Shown: positions 1 through 10,408 of the stretch, piece by piece
Position numbering within the stretch: the stretch's first letter is position 1
Layout: every line of letters begins with the position of its first letter
NCBI GenBank assembly: GCA_024641125.1
Contig: JAHEDQ010000004.1
Span: 1 to 54,217, forward strand
Direction of reading: 5' to 3'
DNA length: 54,217 nucleotides
Origin: Candidatus Competibacteraceae bacterium
GTDB taxonomy: Bacteria > Pseudomonadota > Gammaproteobacteria > Competibacterales > JAHEDQ01
Program-made: the position numbers and the translations under genes
The notes under the pieces: model-generated
What the model was told of the DNA's origin: nothing
What the model saw: only the letters and a program-made list of their open reading frames with translations
Databases searched by the model: none

Positions 1-175
1 GCTGCAACGCCGCAGTGGCGTATCTGGGGCGCTCCCGACGGGCAAGGCGATAAGCGCCCATCCGCGGTGTTGGGCGCGCTTGAATGAGCGCAGGCTAGTC
101 CTGCGCCCGCCCGCCTAGCGCCTGGGCGCTTCTCGCCTTGCTGATATGCAACGAACTTATGGGACGGGACACTAG
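1..175. mobile_element. MITE-like structured repeat, family A copy 1 (left part probably outside the window)
   Basis: 41-171 closely matches 18774-18906. Internal inverted repeat GCAAGGCGATAAGCGCCCA / TGGGCGCTTCTCGCCTTGC; ends ...GGGACGGGACACTAG, overlapping the TAG stop of the adjacent gene. Confidence 0.75.
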
Positions 176-366
176 GTGTCCACCAGCGTAAACTCCGCCC
201 CGCAGTATGGACACTTGGCGTGCCCACCCTCCTCCAGCGAGAGATAGACCTTGGGATGAGAATTCCACAGGGTCATGCCGGGCATGGGACAGCTGAGGGG
301 CAGGTCAGCCCGGGAAACCGTGTACTGGTTCTCGGCGTTGGCCTGGACCGGTTCGATCTGCGCCAT
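172..366 (-). CDS. Small zinc-finger protein (zf-CHCC-like)
   Basis: C-P...W-N-S-H-P-K-V-Y-L...C-P-Y-C-G motif. ATG at 366 has GGAGG upstream. Lies downstream of ilvE. Confidence 0.85.
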   Translation of the reverse strand: MAQIEPVQANAENQYTVSRADLPLSCPMPGMTLWNSHPKVYLSLEEGGHAKCPYCGAEFTLVDT

Positions 367-401
367 GGATGCCGTGCCTCCTGGAAAGTGTTTGTGTATG
401 C

Positions 402-1325
402 TCAATCGACCAGAGTCAGCCACTCGGGATACGCGTCCCGACGGCCGTGTACCTGGTCGAAGTACATGCTCTGCAGGCGCTCCGTGATGGGGCCTCGCCC
501 GCCGTTGCCGATATCCCGCCCGTCCACCTGACGAATCGGCGTCACCTCCGCCGCGGTACCGGTGAAGAAGGCCTCGTCGGCGGTGTAGACCTCATCCCGC
601 GTGATGCGCTTTTCAGTAACCTTGACGCCGATATCCTGGCAGAACCGCATGATGGTATCGCGGGTGATGCCCTCCAGACAGGCGCTTAGGTCGGGCGTGC
701 TAATCACCCCGTCTCGGACAAGAAAAATGTTCTCGCCGCTGCCTTCGGCCACAAATCCCTGGGTGTCCAGCAGCAGTGCTTCGTCGTACCCGTTTCTCAG
801 CGCTTCCTGCAGGGCCAGCATGGAATTGATGTAATTGCCGTTCGCCTTGGCTTTGCACATGGCGGCGTTGACGTGGTGGCGGGAGAACGAGGAGGCATGC
901 ACCCGGATGCCGCGTTCGATATTCTCGGCGCCCAGGTAAGCACCCCATTCCCACGCCGCCACCATCAGATGTACGCTCAGGTTGTCCGCCCTGAGGCCCA
1001 TCCCTTCGGAACCGTAGAACGCCATGGGCCGGATATAGGCGCTTTCCAGTTCATTCTGGCGGACCGCGTCCCGGCACACCTGGTTGATTTGTTCACGGCC
1101 GTAGGGTAGCGCCATACCCATGATCTTGGCCGATCGCATCAGCCGGTCGGTATGGGCATCGAGCCGAAAAATCGCCGCGCCCCGATCTGTGCGGTAGGCG
1201 CGCACGCCCTCGAACACCCCCATGCCGTAGTGCAGCGTATGGGTCAGCAGGTGGGTCTTGGCTTCACGCCAGGGAATCATCTGGCCGTCCAGCCAGATCA
1301 GGCCATCGCGGTCATCGAACGTCAT
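402..1325 (-). CDS. ilvE: Branched-chain amino acid aminotransferase
   Basis: LHYGMGVFEGVRAY, AKANGNY, EGSGENIF, LEGITR and FFTGTAAEV class IV aminotransferase motifs. Confidence 0.97.
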   Translation of the reverse strand: MTFDDRDGLIWLDGQMIPWREAKTHLLTHTLHYGMGVFEGVRAYRTDRGAAIFRLDAHTDRLMRSAKIMGMALPYGREQINQVCRDAVRQNELESAYIRPMAFYGSEGMGLRADNLSVHLMVAAWEWGAYLGAENIERGIRVHASSFSRHHVNAAMCKAKANGNYINSMLALQEALRNGYDEALLLDTQGFVAEGSGENIFLVRDGVISTPDLSACLEGITRDTIMRFCQDIGVKVTEKRITRDEVYTADEAFFTGTAAEVTPIRQVDGRDIGNGGRGPITERLQSMYFDQVHGRRDAYPEWLTLVD

Positions 1326-4282
1326 TCCGGTGTCTCCTCAAGCACAATCTCTGCATCCGTCCCGGGGGCCATGAGTCGGGACCATATGTCGCACACCCCC
1401 AGTCGGGCCCTTTCCAGGGACTCGGTCACCTGATCCACGGGCAGCAGCGCCTCGTTTCCGCGCAGCTTACCCAGGTGGCCGAGATGCCTCAGCGCCCGGT
1501 AGGCATCCCGCAGCAGACCCGCGTCTTCCGGCGCCATCAGGCCGCAGGCCTCCAGCGCGTCGAGTTGGCGGATGTTGTCGCTCCAGACCAGGAGTTCCGG
1601 ATGGGCGTGAGCGCCCGCCAGAACCGCGTATTGCACCATAAATTCGATGTCCGCGATACCGCCCGGATCGTGCTTGAGATCGAAGAAACCCGGCTTTTTG
1701 GCGCCCAGTTCAACCCGCATGCGTTCGCGCATTTCCCGAACTTCGACCCGCAGCGCATCCGCATCCCTGGGCTGCGACAGAATCTCCCGCCGAAGTTGCT
1801 CAAATGCCGCGGCCATCTCCTGGGGTCCGGCCACCACCCGGGTCCTGACCAGGGCCTGATGCTCCCAGGTCCAGGCCTGACTGCGCTGGTACTCGGCGAA
1901 CGCTGCCAGACTGGTCACCAGCAGACCCGATCGACCGCTGGGCCGAAGCCGGGTGTCCACCTCATACAGCACCCCTGCCGCGGTCTGAGTGCCCAGCATA
2001 TGGATGATGCGCTGGGCCAGGCGGACGAAAAAGCTTGAATTGTCCAGGGCGCGCGGACCATCGCACTCCTGACGCTGTCCATGGCTATCGTGCAAAAAAA
2101 CCAGATCCAAGTCCGATCCATAACCCAACTCGATGCCGCCCAGCTTGCCGTAGGCGACAACCGCAAAATCAGCTCGAACCCGCCGCCCATCAATCTCATA
2201 CCAGGGCTCCCCGTGCTTGCGGATCAGATCGTTCCAGGCGATATCAACCACTTTTCTGATGACGGTCTCGGCAATCCAGGTCAGGCAGTCACTCACCACC
2301 ATCAGGCGCATACCGCCGCTGACGTCGGCGGCGGCCACCCTCAGCATATTGGTCTGCTGGAAATGGCGCAGCGCGTCCATCTGCTGCTCCAGATCGTCGC
2401 CCGGCGCCCGGGCCAGGAACACGTCCAGTTCCCGGGCCAGAGCTTCCGGCCGCAGGGGTTCATAGAGCGTCCCCGGGGTCAGCAGATCATCCAGCAGCAG
2501 CGGGTGTTTGCCCAGGTACTCGGCTATCCATGGGCTTGCCGCGCACAGACGGACCAGCTGCGACAGGGCCAACGGGTTCTCCACCAACAAGGCCATATAC
2601 ACACTGCGGCGGGCGACGCTCTGCACCAGATTGAGCACCCGTACCAGGGTCTCGTCCGGATGCTCCACGCCGGCCACCGCACCCAGCAGCAGCGGCATCA
2701 AGGCGTTTAGACGTTCACGCCCGTTCTTGGTCAGCGCACGGCAGGCATGTCCGACACGCAGACGCTGCAGCTGCCCCAGGGCTGCATCCGGGTCGCTGAA
2801 ACCGCTCGCCCGCAACTGCGCAATGGCGGTCGCATCGGCAGTTGCGCCGGTCCAGATTCCGACCCAGCCCAGCTCCGCGGCATCGCCCTCTTCGCTCTGG
2901 GGCGCGGCAAACACCTGCTGGAATTGCTGCTCGACCCGGCGCACATGGACCATCAGGGCGCGCACGTAGCCGCCCCAGTCGTCAAACCCCATGGTCATGG
3001 CGAGCCGGGCCTTGCCCGGGTCATCCACCGGCAGATCGTGCGTTTGCTGGTCCTTGTACGCCTGAATGCGGTTTTCGCTGCGACGCAGGAACCGATACGC
3101 CTGTTTGAGATGGGCCACGGCGTAGGCGGGCAGATTGTCGTCCGCCGCCAATTGATCCAACACGGTGACGATGCTGCGGCTTTGCAGGGCCGGGTAGCGC
3201 CCCCCGTAGATCAGCTGAAAAGCCTGGCCGATGAACTCGATCTCACGGATGCCGCCGGGACCCAGTTTGACGTTGCGCCGCAGCCCTTTACGCTCCACCT
3301 CACGGGCGATCAGCAGCTTCATCTCGCGCAGGGATTCAAAGGCGCCGTAGTCCAGATACCGCCGATAGACAAACGGCCGCAAGCGGCGCATGAGTTTTTC
3401 GGCCTCGGCCCGATCCCCCGCTATCGGGCGCGCCTTGATCATGGCATAGCGTTCCCACTCCCGGCCGTGGATCTGGTAATAGTGTTCCAGCGCGTCGAAA
3501 TGCATCACCAGCGGACCCGCCTCACCAAAGGGCCGCAACCGCATATCCACCCGAAACACGAACCCCCGGTCGGTGTTCTCACCCAGCACTTTGATCAGTT
3601 TCTGGCCCAGGCCCCGAAAAAACTCCTCGTTTGTGATCGGCCGGCGAGCGTCGGTTTCACCCTTGTCCGGATAGGCGAAAACAAGATCAATATCGGACGA
3701 GAAGTTGAGTTCCATTCCGCCCAGCTTGCCCATGCCGAGCACCACCATGGTTTGCGGCTGACCCTTGGCGCTGCGCGGCTGGCCACGGCGTTCCGCCTCC
3801 CAGGCGTGCAAACGCCGCAGCGCCGCGTCGACGCAGGCGTCGGCCAGCCAGGACAGTTCGCGCAGCGTCTCATCGAGATCGGCCGCCCCGACCAGATCGC
3901 GCCAAGCCACGCGCACCATCTCACGGTTGCGAATCCGCCGCAGCGCGACGGACAGTTCGGTAATGGATTCGGCGGCCTGGGCGGCGTCATCCGTCCGCTG
4001 GGACAAGGCGTCAGCCGGGTAACCGCGGTTCAGATCCCCGGACGCCAGCAGCTGCGCCAGCATGTCCGGATCCCGTATACAGCTGCGGGCGACGAAGTCA
4101 CTGCCGGCCCATACCCGGATCACCGCATCGGACAACACGTCGTCGGCACGGATCTGATCAGCCAATTCCGGTGCCGCCTGGACAAAGGCTTCCCAACGGT
4201 CCGCCGTGGCATCGACCAGCGGCTCCGGTAGACGGTTGCGGATGGTGGACAACATGGCCTCATCCATACGCCGCGCCCGCAT
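1322..4282 (-). CDS. glnE: Bifunctional glutamine synthetase adenylyltransferase / adenylyl-removing enzyme (start may be 4267)
   Basis: Two nucleotidyltransferase domains: MGKLGGMELNFSSDIDL...RVDMRLRP and YGKLGGIELGYGSDLDL...EVDTRLRP. Confidence 0.97.
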   Translation of the reverse strand: MRARRMDEAMLSTIRNRLPEPLVDATADRWEAFVQAAPELADQIRADDVLSDAVIRVWAGSDFVARSCIRDPDMLAQLLASGDLNRGYPADALSQRTDDAAQAAESITELSVALRRIRNREMVRVAWRDLVGAADLDETLRELSWLADACVDAALRRLHAWEAERRGQPRSAKGQPQTMVVLGMGKLGGMELNFSSDIDLVFAYPDKGETDARRPITNEEFFRGLGQKLIKVLGENTDRGFVFRVDMRLRPFGEAGPLVMHFDALEHYYQIHGREWERYAMIKARPIAGDRAEAEKLMRRLRPFVYRRYLDYGAFESLREMKLLIAREVERKGLRRNVKLGPGGIREIEFIGQAFQLIYGGRYPALQSRSIVTVLDQLAADDNLPAYAVAHLKQAYRFLRRSENRIQAYKDQQTHDLPVDDPGKARLAMTMGFDDWGGYVRALMVHVRRVEQQFQQVFAAPQSEEGDAAELGWVGIWTGATADATAIAQLRASGFSDPDAALGQLQRLRVGHACRALTKNGRERLNALMPLLLGAVAGVEHPDETLVRVLNLVQSVARRSVYMALLVENPLALSQLVRLCAASPWIAEYLGKHPLLLDDLLTPGTLYEPLRPEALARELDVFLARAPGDDLEQQMDALRHFQQTNMLRVAAADVSGGMRLMVVSDCLTWIAETVIRKVVDIAWNDLIRKHGEPWYEIDGRRVRADFAVVAYGKLGGIELGYGSDLDLVFLHDSHGQRQECDGPRALDNSSFFVRLAQRIIHMLGTQTAAGVLYEVDTRLRPSGRSGLLVTSLAAFAEYQRSQAWTWEHQALVRTRVVAGPQEMAAAFEQLRREILSQPRDADALRVEVREMRERMRVELGAKKPGFFDLKHDPGGIADIEFMVQYAVLAGAHAHPELLVWSDNIRQLDALEACGLMAPEDAGLLRDAYRALRHLGHLGKLRGNEALLPVDQVTESLERARLGVCDIWSRLMAPGTDAEIVLEETPE

Positions 4283-4400
4283 CAGGTGGGTTCAAACAGC
4301 CCCGCATGTGCCCGTCCCCCCGATCAAGTCCGAATCCCAACACGCCACACTCCACATAAGGTCGCCAGCCAGAATCGCTCAAGCAGTACTGGCGTTCTGG

Positions 4401-5405
4401 TCAGCAGATCCTGGGCAAAGGATCGTCTTCAAGCTCTTCCAGGAAACGCTCGCCGCCCAGGTCGGTTTCCAGAACGACGCCGGCGCCGGGTTCCATCACC
4501 CCAACACGGGCCGCACCGGCACCGCTCGGCAGTTGCCACCATCGGCTCAGGGCCACATCCGCCGCTTCCGGCGAGAGTACGGCAACGACACGGCCCTCGC
4601 AGGCCAGACTGTAAGCATCGTACCCCAGCATCTCGCACACCGAGCGCACCGGATCCCGGACCGGCACCTGATTTTCCCACAACCGCGCAGCCATGCCCGT
4701 TGCTCTGGCCAGCTCATGGGCGACCCCGGTGAGCCCGCCCCGGGTTGGATCGCGCATGAACCGCAACCCTGGCAAATCCAGCAGCGCGCGAGTCAGCGGA
4801 AGCACCGAGGCGTTGTCCGATTGAAGATCGCCTTTCAGGCCAAACTGCTCCCGGGCCAACATCACGGTGATGCCGTGATCACCAATCGGACCGCTGACCA
4901 GAATCGCGTCGCCGAGCTGAACCTGGGCCATGCCCAGAGTAAGGCCAGGCGGCTTCACACCGACCCCGGCGCTGATGAGATACAGGCCGCCACCCTGTCC
5001 ACGTGGCACCACCTTGGTGTCGCCCGCCACCACCCGAACCTCGGATGACCGGGCCGCGGCAGCCAGATCGGCCACGATTCGGTCCAGCTGCGCCAGCGGC
5101 AAGCCTTCCTCGATCAGGGCGCTGAGACTGAGATAGCGCGGCGTAGCGCCTGCCACCGCCAGATCGTTGACCGTGCCGTGCACCGCCAGCGAGCCAATGC
5201 TGCCGCCGGGAAACTCCAGGGGCTGGACGGTGAAACCATCGGTGGTGAAATAGGGCGTCCCGCCTTCGAGAGTCAGAGGCACCGCATCGGCATGGGTATC
5301 CATTTCCGGATTGGCCAGGTGGCGCTCGAACACCTGCTCGATGAGTTCGCGCATATAGCGGCCGCCATTGCCATGGGACAAGGCAATGCGCAGATCATCC
5401 GCCAT
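4401..5405 (-). CDS. hypE: Hydrogenase maturation carbamoyl dehydratase HypE
   Basis: SHGNGG, GTVNDLAV, GDTKVV, MRDPTRGG and C-terminal LPRIC. Confidence 0.96.
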   Translation of the reverse strand: MADDLRIALSHGNGGRYMRELIEQVFERHLANPEMDTHADAVPLTLEGGTPYFTTDGFTVQPLEFPGGSIGSLAVHGTVNDLAVAGATPRYLSLSALIEEGLPLAQLDRIVADLAAAARSSEVRVVAGDTKVVPRGQGGGLYLISAGVGVKPPGLTLGMAQVQLGDAILVSGPIGDHGITVMLAREQFGLKGDLQSDNASVLPLTRALLDLPGLRFMRDPTRGGLTGVAHELARATGMAARLWENQVPVRDPVRSVCEMLGYDAYSLACEGRVVAVLSPEAADVALSRWWQLPSGAGAARVGVMEPGAGVVLETDLGGERFLEELEDDPLPRIC

Positions 5406-7716
5406 GCCCACGCCTCTGCTGTCGCATCTTGTTGCCTTCCTCGACGGCGGCCCACTCCACCACCTGGCCAAAACTGAGCCCACCGTCGTTACAGGGCACG
5501 ATCCGATGTTGGCATACCGGAAACCCCTGCCCAACAAGAGCGCCCGTCAGTCGCTCGCACAATACGCTGTTCTGGAATACGCCGCCGGTCAGACCGACAG
5601 CATCGAAACGGTGAGTCTCAGCCAGCCTGCGTGTGACCTCGGCCGCCGCCGCCACCAGCGTGTCGTGAAACAGCCCGGAACGCTGTTCCGGTGCACGGCT
5701 GGCATCGCACAAGGGCCCCAGCAGGGGGCCCCAGTCGACACGCAAAACACCCTCGGCATCGGTGTCCATGGGCAACCGAATGGGGTCATCGGGCACACCC
5801 GCCATGGCCTCGAGTTGCATGGGTCCCTGCCCTTCGAAACTGGTCCGGTGCAGATCCAGGATCAGCGATGCGGCCGCATCGAACAAGCGCCCGGCAGCGG
5901 ATGTTTCCGGGCTTTGCAGGCCTCGCTCCCAGGCCGACCGGACCAACTCGGGGGACGCCACCGGGGCGGTCCAGGCACGACCGCTTGCCCAGCACAGGCC
6001 CGCGGCGGAGCGCCAGGGTTCGCGCCCAGCGGCGTCGCCCCCTGGGGGGCGAAACGGCCGAAAGCTGGCAACCCTTTGCCATCGTCCAGACGCCCCCAGA
6101 AACACCTCACCACCCCACAGGGTTCCGTCAGCGCCGTAGCCAACCCCATCCCAGGTAAAGATCAACCAGCGTTCTATCTCAGGGTGCTCCCCGGCCAGGG
6201 CCGAGGCATGGGCATGATGGTGGAACACCGGTGTGACAGGGCGGCCGTCGTGTTTCGCCCATTGGCTGCTGGCGTAGCGAGGATGGGCATCGCACACCAG
6301 GGCTTGTGCCTGTATCCCATACAGACGCTGAAGGTCATCCGCCACCTGGCGGAACACGCGCTCGGCCCGGGGCGAATCCAGGTCACCAATGTGGGGCGAG
6401 ACCACGACCCGATCTTCCCAGGCCAGGGCCAGCGTGCACTTCATGTGTCCGCCCACGGCCAGGGCCGGTCGGGGAACGGGTATCGGCAACCTGTGTTCCA
6501 GAGGCGCGTTTCCACGCCCCAGGCGGATGGGCCGCGTGCCGCACCCCGTGCTGCGGTACACCGGATCATCCGCCGGACGCTGTATCGGTCGATTGTGGTG
6601 TAAAAACGCATCCGCCACCCGGAACAACTGGTGCTCGGCGTGGACCGGATCGGTGATCACCGGCTCACCGCTGAGATTGCCGGAGGTGGCCACCAGCGCC
6701 CGGTCGCAGGCTGCCAGCAGCAGACAGTGCAAAGGGCTGTAAGGCAGCAACACACCCAGATCGTTCAAGCCCGGCGCAAGCTGATCGGACAATCCGTTAT
6801 CGGCCCTGCGGGGTGCGAGTACAATCGGGCGCATCGGGTCGGCGAGGCGGTCCCTGGCCGTCACATTCAGCCGGACCGCACACGCCACCGCCCCCAGGCC
6901 GTCCGATCCGCGCAGGGGAAACATGACCGCCAGCGGCTTGCGCGGGCGCTGCTTGCGGGTACGAAGCCGGATTACCGCCGCATCACTGGCGGCGTCGCAC
7001 ATCAGGTGATAACCACCGACACCCCGCACCGCCAGCACCTGACCGCGCAGCAGAACCCGAACCGCGGCTGCGAGGGCATCCTGGTCACCCTGGATTTCGG
7101 TCGATTTGTCCTTGAACCGCAGGCTGGGACCACACGCAGGGCAGGCCAAGGGCTGGGCATGAAAGCGACGGTCCAAGGGGTTTTCATATTCACGGCGACA
7201 GTCCGGACATAGAACAAAGTCCCGCAGGGTCGTGTTGGGTCGGTCGTAGGGCAGTGCGGTGATAATGGTGTAGCGGGGACCACACTGAGTGCAGTTGATA
7301 AACGGATAGGCGTAGCGGCGCTGTCCGGGGTCACGCAACTCCGCAAGGCAGTCTTCGCAGACAAACTGGTCGGGGGGAATGTGGATGTCGGGCTGCACAC
7401 CTTCGGCGCTGGCCAGAATACGGAACGCCGAGTACCCGGCCGGAGCGCAGTCGGTTTCCGAAATCACCTCCGGTCGGGCCAGTGGCGGAGCGCTATGAAT
7501 CAGGTCTCGCTTAAAATCGGCCAGGGCCGCGGCCGCGCCCTCCACTACCACGGTAACCTGGCCGGTGCTGTTCCGCACCCAACCGGTGAGGCCATAACGA
7601 GCCGCCAGGCGGTAGATGAACGGCCGGAAACCCACCCCCTGGACACGCCCGCCCAGGGTCAAACGACGGGCGTACACCCCGTACCCATCAGGCCTGTTTC
7701 CGGGCGCAGTGCTCAT
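5395..7716 (-). CDS. hypF: Carbamoyltransferase HypF
   Basis: Acylphosphatase domain GRVQGVGFRPF, CxxC-x18-CxxC zinc fingers, RRFHAQP, HHHAH, PCNDGGLSFGQ. Start placed at ATG 7716. Confidence 0.96.
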   Translation of the reverse strand: MSTAPGNRPDGYGVYARRLTLGGRVQGVGFRPFIYRLAARYGLTGWVRNSTGQVTVVVEGAAAALADFKRDLIHSAPPLARPEVISETDCAPAGYSAFRILASAEGVQPDIHIPPDQFVCEDCLAELRDPGQRRYAYPFINCTQCGPRYTIITALPYDRPNTTLRDFVLCPDCRREYENPLDRRFHAQPLACPACGPSLRFKDKSTEIQGDQDALAAAVRVLLRGQVLAVRGVGGYHLMCDAASDAAVIRLRTRKQRPRKPLAVMFPLRGSDGLGAVACAVRLNVTARDRLADPMRPIVLAPRRADNGLSDQLAPGLNDLGVLLPYSPLHCLLLAACDRALVATSGNLSGEPVITDPVHAEHQLFRVADAFLHHNRPIQRPADDPVYRSTGCGTRPIRLGRGNAPLEHRLPIPVPRPALAVGGHMKCTLALAWEDRVVVSPHIGDLDSPRAERVFRQVADDLQRLYGIQAQALVCDAHPRYASSQWAKHDGRPVTPVFHHHAHASALAGEHPEIERWLIFTWDGVGYGADGTLWGGEVFLGASGRWQRVASFRPFRPPGGDAAGREPWRSAAGLCWASGRAWTAPVASPELVRSAWERGLQSPETSAAGRLFDAAASLILDLHRTSFEGQGPMQLEAMAGVPDDPIRLPMDTDAEGVLRVDWGPLLGPLCDASRAPEQRSGLFHDTLVAAAAEVTRRLAETHRFDAVGLTGGVFQNSVLCERLTGALVGQGFPVCQHRIVPCNDGGLSFGQVVEWAAVEEGNKMRQQRRGHGG

Positions 7717-8803
7717 GCGGTTCGCGTAATCCCGCCGCCCACCAGATTCGGCAGGCTCCCTCATCCGACACCATGCAGGGCCCGATGGGCTTTCGGGGCG
7801 TGCAGGCCCGGCCATACAGCGCACATTCGTTCGGGTAGATGCGCCCCAGAACGACACCGGCACAGTCACAACCTGGCGGCATCTCGCCGGCGCGACGGCG
7901 CGAAACCGGCGGCGCCGGGAATCGCAGACGGGCATCCGACGCTGCCCGATCGGGGCTGAGACCATAGCCCGAGGCCGTAATCTCGCCGATGCCCCGCCAG
8001 TTGGCGTCGATTACCCGAAACACCCGATCGAGTTGCCGCCGCGCCGTGGGATTGCCGCCGGGGCGCACCAGCTCCGGGTAGCAGTTGTCCAGGAATGGAC
8101 GGCCCTCCATGCTCTGCCGCAGCACCGAGTAAGTGGCAGCCAGCAGGCTCTCGGGATTGAAACCGGCAATGGCGGCCGGCATGGCATGCCGATCCACCAC
8201 GAATGACCATTCCTCGGGACCCATGACGGTGGCCACGTGACCGGGCGCAATCAATGCGTCGAACCGGGCCTCTCCACTGTCCAGCAGCATCGCCACCGCG
8301 GGCCAGGTGCGACGACCCGATAGCAGGATCGACAGGTTGCCCGGCACCCCCGCCGCCATCATTGCGGCTACCGGTGCGCTGGTGGTTTCAAACCCTGCGG
8401 CAAAAAACACAACCTGACGCCGGGGGTGCCGCTGGGCAATGGCCACCGCCTCCAGGGGTGAGGCAATGGGCCGAATGTCACCGCCTGCCGCGCGGGCCTG
8501 TTCCAGGCAGCGGGGCTCGCCCTTCGCGACGTTGACCGGCACTCGCAACATGTCGCCAAAGGCCACCAGCAGGACGTCTTCATCCAGGGCGAGCCGCATC
8601 GCTTCGTAGACATCCTCTTCCGGGCACACGCACACCGGGCAACCCGGGCCTGGAATCAGTTCCACCTGATTGGGCAGGGCGGTGCGTAAACCAGCCTGGG
8701 TGATGGCCCGCTCGTGACCGCCACAGACGTTCAGGATGCGGATGCGCTCGGGCAGGTTCAGCGCCCGTATGCGCTCCAACCAACTTCGGGCGCTGACCGT
8801 CAT
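7688..8803 (-). CDS. hypD: Hydrogenase maturation protein HypD
   Basis: VCGGH, GPGCPVC, GFETT, PGHV and C-terminal CMVSDEGAC. Confidence 0.96.
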   Translation of the reverse strand: MTVSARSWLERIRALNLPERIRILNVCGGHERAITQAGLRTALPNQVELIPGPGCPVCVCPEEDVYEAMRLALDEDVLLVAFGDMLRVPVNVAKGEPRCLEQARAAGGDIRPIASPLEAVAIAQRHPRRQVVFFAAGFETTSAPVAAMMAAGVPGNLSILLSGRRTWPAVAMLLDSGEARFDALIAPGHVATVMGPEEWSFVVDRHAMPAAIAGFNPESLLAATYSVLRQSMEGRPFLDNCYPELVRPGGNPTARRQLDRVFRVIDANWRGIGEITASGYGLSPDRAASDARLRFPAPPVSRRRAGEMPPGCDCAGVVLGRIYPNECALYGRACTPRKPIGPCMVSDEGACRIWWAAGLREPHEHCARKQA

Positions 8804-9645
8804 TGCGGCGCGGCTTCCGCCGCCGACGCCCCATGCCTATGCGCATGCACCCCGTCGCTCCGAACCGTTGGCTGGGTGGTTTCCCCGCCCCGCAGGTGCG
8901 CGCGATGGGCGGCCAAAACATCGTGCAGCCAGGCTAACCATGCGTCCATGCCGGCCCCGCTGCGCGCGGACAAGGCAATGACCGGGGCCTCGTTGGCCAG
9001 ATTGCGCAAAGCGGTCTCCGCGGACTGGGGACGAAAATCGTCCAGCACCGACAGAAGATCGGATTTGCTCAGCAGCATCAGATCGGCAGCACGGAACATG
9101 ACCGGGTACTTGGCCGGTTTGTCGTCACCCTCGGTGACCGACAACAGCGTTACATTGAGATGATGACCCAGGTCGAAACTGGCCGGACAGACCAGATTGC
9201 CCACGTTTTCGATAAAAACGATGTCGATACCCACCAGATCCATCGCGTGCAGGGCGTCGTGCACCATGTGGGCGTCCAGATGGCAGGCCGAACCAGTGCT
9301 GATCTGGACCGCGGGAACCCCTTTGGCGCGAATCCGGTTGGCGTCATTCTCGGTTTCCAGATCGCCCTCCACCACTGCAATACCCAAGGCCCCGCCCAGC
9401 GCGTCGATGGTGGCCTCCAGCAGCGCAGTCTTACCCGAACCCGGTGATGACATCAGATTGACTGCCAGTACACGGGCGCGATCGAAATGCGCGCGATTGT
9501 GTTCAGCCTGGTGATCGTTCTCGTGCAGCAGGTTCTGCAACACAGCCACCGCGGCGTGGCCATCGTGGGTATGGGCATGCTTGCCACCCGGCTCCACCAG
9601 ATGACGGTTGCCCGGCGTAATGTTGCAACCACAGGTTTCACACAT
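8800..9645 (-). CDS. hypB: Nickel-insertion GTPase HypB
   Basis: N-terminal MCETCGC, SSPGSGKT, CHLDA, ENVGNLVCPA, EGDDKPAKYP. Confidence 0.96.
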   Translation of the reverse strand: MCETCGCNITPGNRHLVEPGGKHAHTHDGHAAVAVLQNLLHENDHQAEHNRAHFDRARVLAVNLMSSPGSGKTALLEATIDALGGALGIAVVEGDLETENDANRIRAKGVPAVQISTGSACHLDAHMVHDALHAMDLVGIDIVFIENVGNLVCPASFDLGHHLNVTLLSVTEGDDKPAKYPVMFRAADLMLLSKSDLLSVLDDFRPQSAETALRNLANEAPVIALSARSGAGMDAWLAWLHDVLAAHRAHLRGGETTQPTVRSDGVHAHRHGASAAEAAPQ

Positions 9646-9997
9646 GCGATTCCTCCATCTCCAGCTCAATGCCGGTCATCAGCATTTCGTCGCCGCTGAC
9701 CAACTCGGTGTGCCAGTCCCCGCAGGCGCCACATATGAGTCGGTTGGGCGGCGTTTGGGTTTCCGCATGACAGGTGCGACAGCGAACACGAACCGGCAAC
9801 GCCTCGGTGACCAGTTCGGCCCGAGCCGCCCGGGTGCCGCAGCGCGCCACGGTGAAAGCCCGCTCTAGCAATGGCAGCTCGATACCGCTCAGCGGACCCA
9901 CGCTGAGTCGAATCAGTACAATGACCTCGGTGCCATGTTCGCGCGCCACTGCCTCCGCCTGCCGGATCAGGCTTTGGCATACGGACAACTCATGCAC
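9638..9997 (-). CDS. hypA: Nickel metallochaperone HypA
   Basis: MHELS start (GTG) and two CxxC pairs. Confidence 0.95.
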   Translation of the reverse strand: MHELSVCQSLIRQAEAVAREHGTEVIVLIRLSVGPLSGIELPLLERAFTVARCGTRAARAELVTEALPVRVRCRTCHAETQTPPNRLICGACGDWHTELVSGDEMLMTGIELEMEESHV

Positions 9998-10235
9998 CTT
10001 CCGGCTCCGGCGGCGACGCCGCCAGCATTTGATCGTACAGCTCCCAGGCGCTGCGGGCGTCCGTCTCGGTCATTTTCTGTATCGCATAGCCCACATGAAC
10101 CATGACGTAGTCATCGGGCAGGACGGTTTCCTCCTGCAATAAGAAAAGGCTGACCTGGCGCTCGACCCCCTTGGCTTCGCATCGCGCCATAAAACCGTCG
10201 ACTTCTCGCACCTGCATCGGGATGCCAAGACACAT
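9990..10235 (-). CDS. hypC: Hydrogenase chaperone HypC
   Basis: MCLGIP N-terminus and VMVHVGYAI. Confidence 0.96.
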   Translation of the reverse strand: MCLGIPMQVREVDGFMARCEAKGVERQVSLFLLQEETVLPDDYVMVHVGYAIQKMTETDARSAWELYDQMLAASPPEPEGA

Positions 10236-10299
10236 GGCCGCGCCCCTGCCGAGTATTGGGTAAGTGACAGCAACGCTAGCAGACCAAATGGCGGATTGT

Positions 10300-10313
10300 C
10301 TGATGCAGATCAA
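10300..10313. promoter_or_regulatory. FNR-like binding site in the divergent hyp/hyn promoter region
   Basis: CTGAT-GCAG-ATCAA, one mismatch to TTGAT-N4-ATCAA, within an AT-rich intergenic region. Confidence 0.6.
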
Positions 10314-10408
10314 GATCATCACTTTATAAGCAAATAATAATTTCGCCTGATGCATATGTCCGATGGTTTGGATCTGTGCGAACGACGGCGACGGAACGAC
10401 CCGAACTC

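Noticed and set aside
2747-4231. 494-aa ORF antisense to glnE (likewise 5368-6603, 11148-12416, 16958-18286, 23929-25188, 26157-27134, 37361-38518, 51134-52438)
   Set aside because: Shadow ORFs from high-GC codon bias opposite well-conserved genes; no recognisable motifs.
7717-7965. N-terminal extensions in the ORF track (hypF, hypE, hypC, hupH-like, isp1, hynL, pilV, pilW, phoB, fxsA, MATE)
   Set aside because: They overlap neighbouring genes or regulatory DNA; family N-termini and RBS positions indicate downstream starts.
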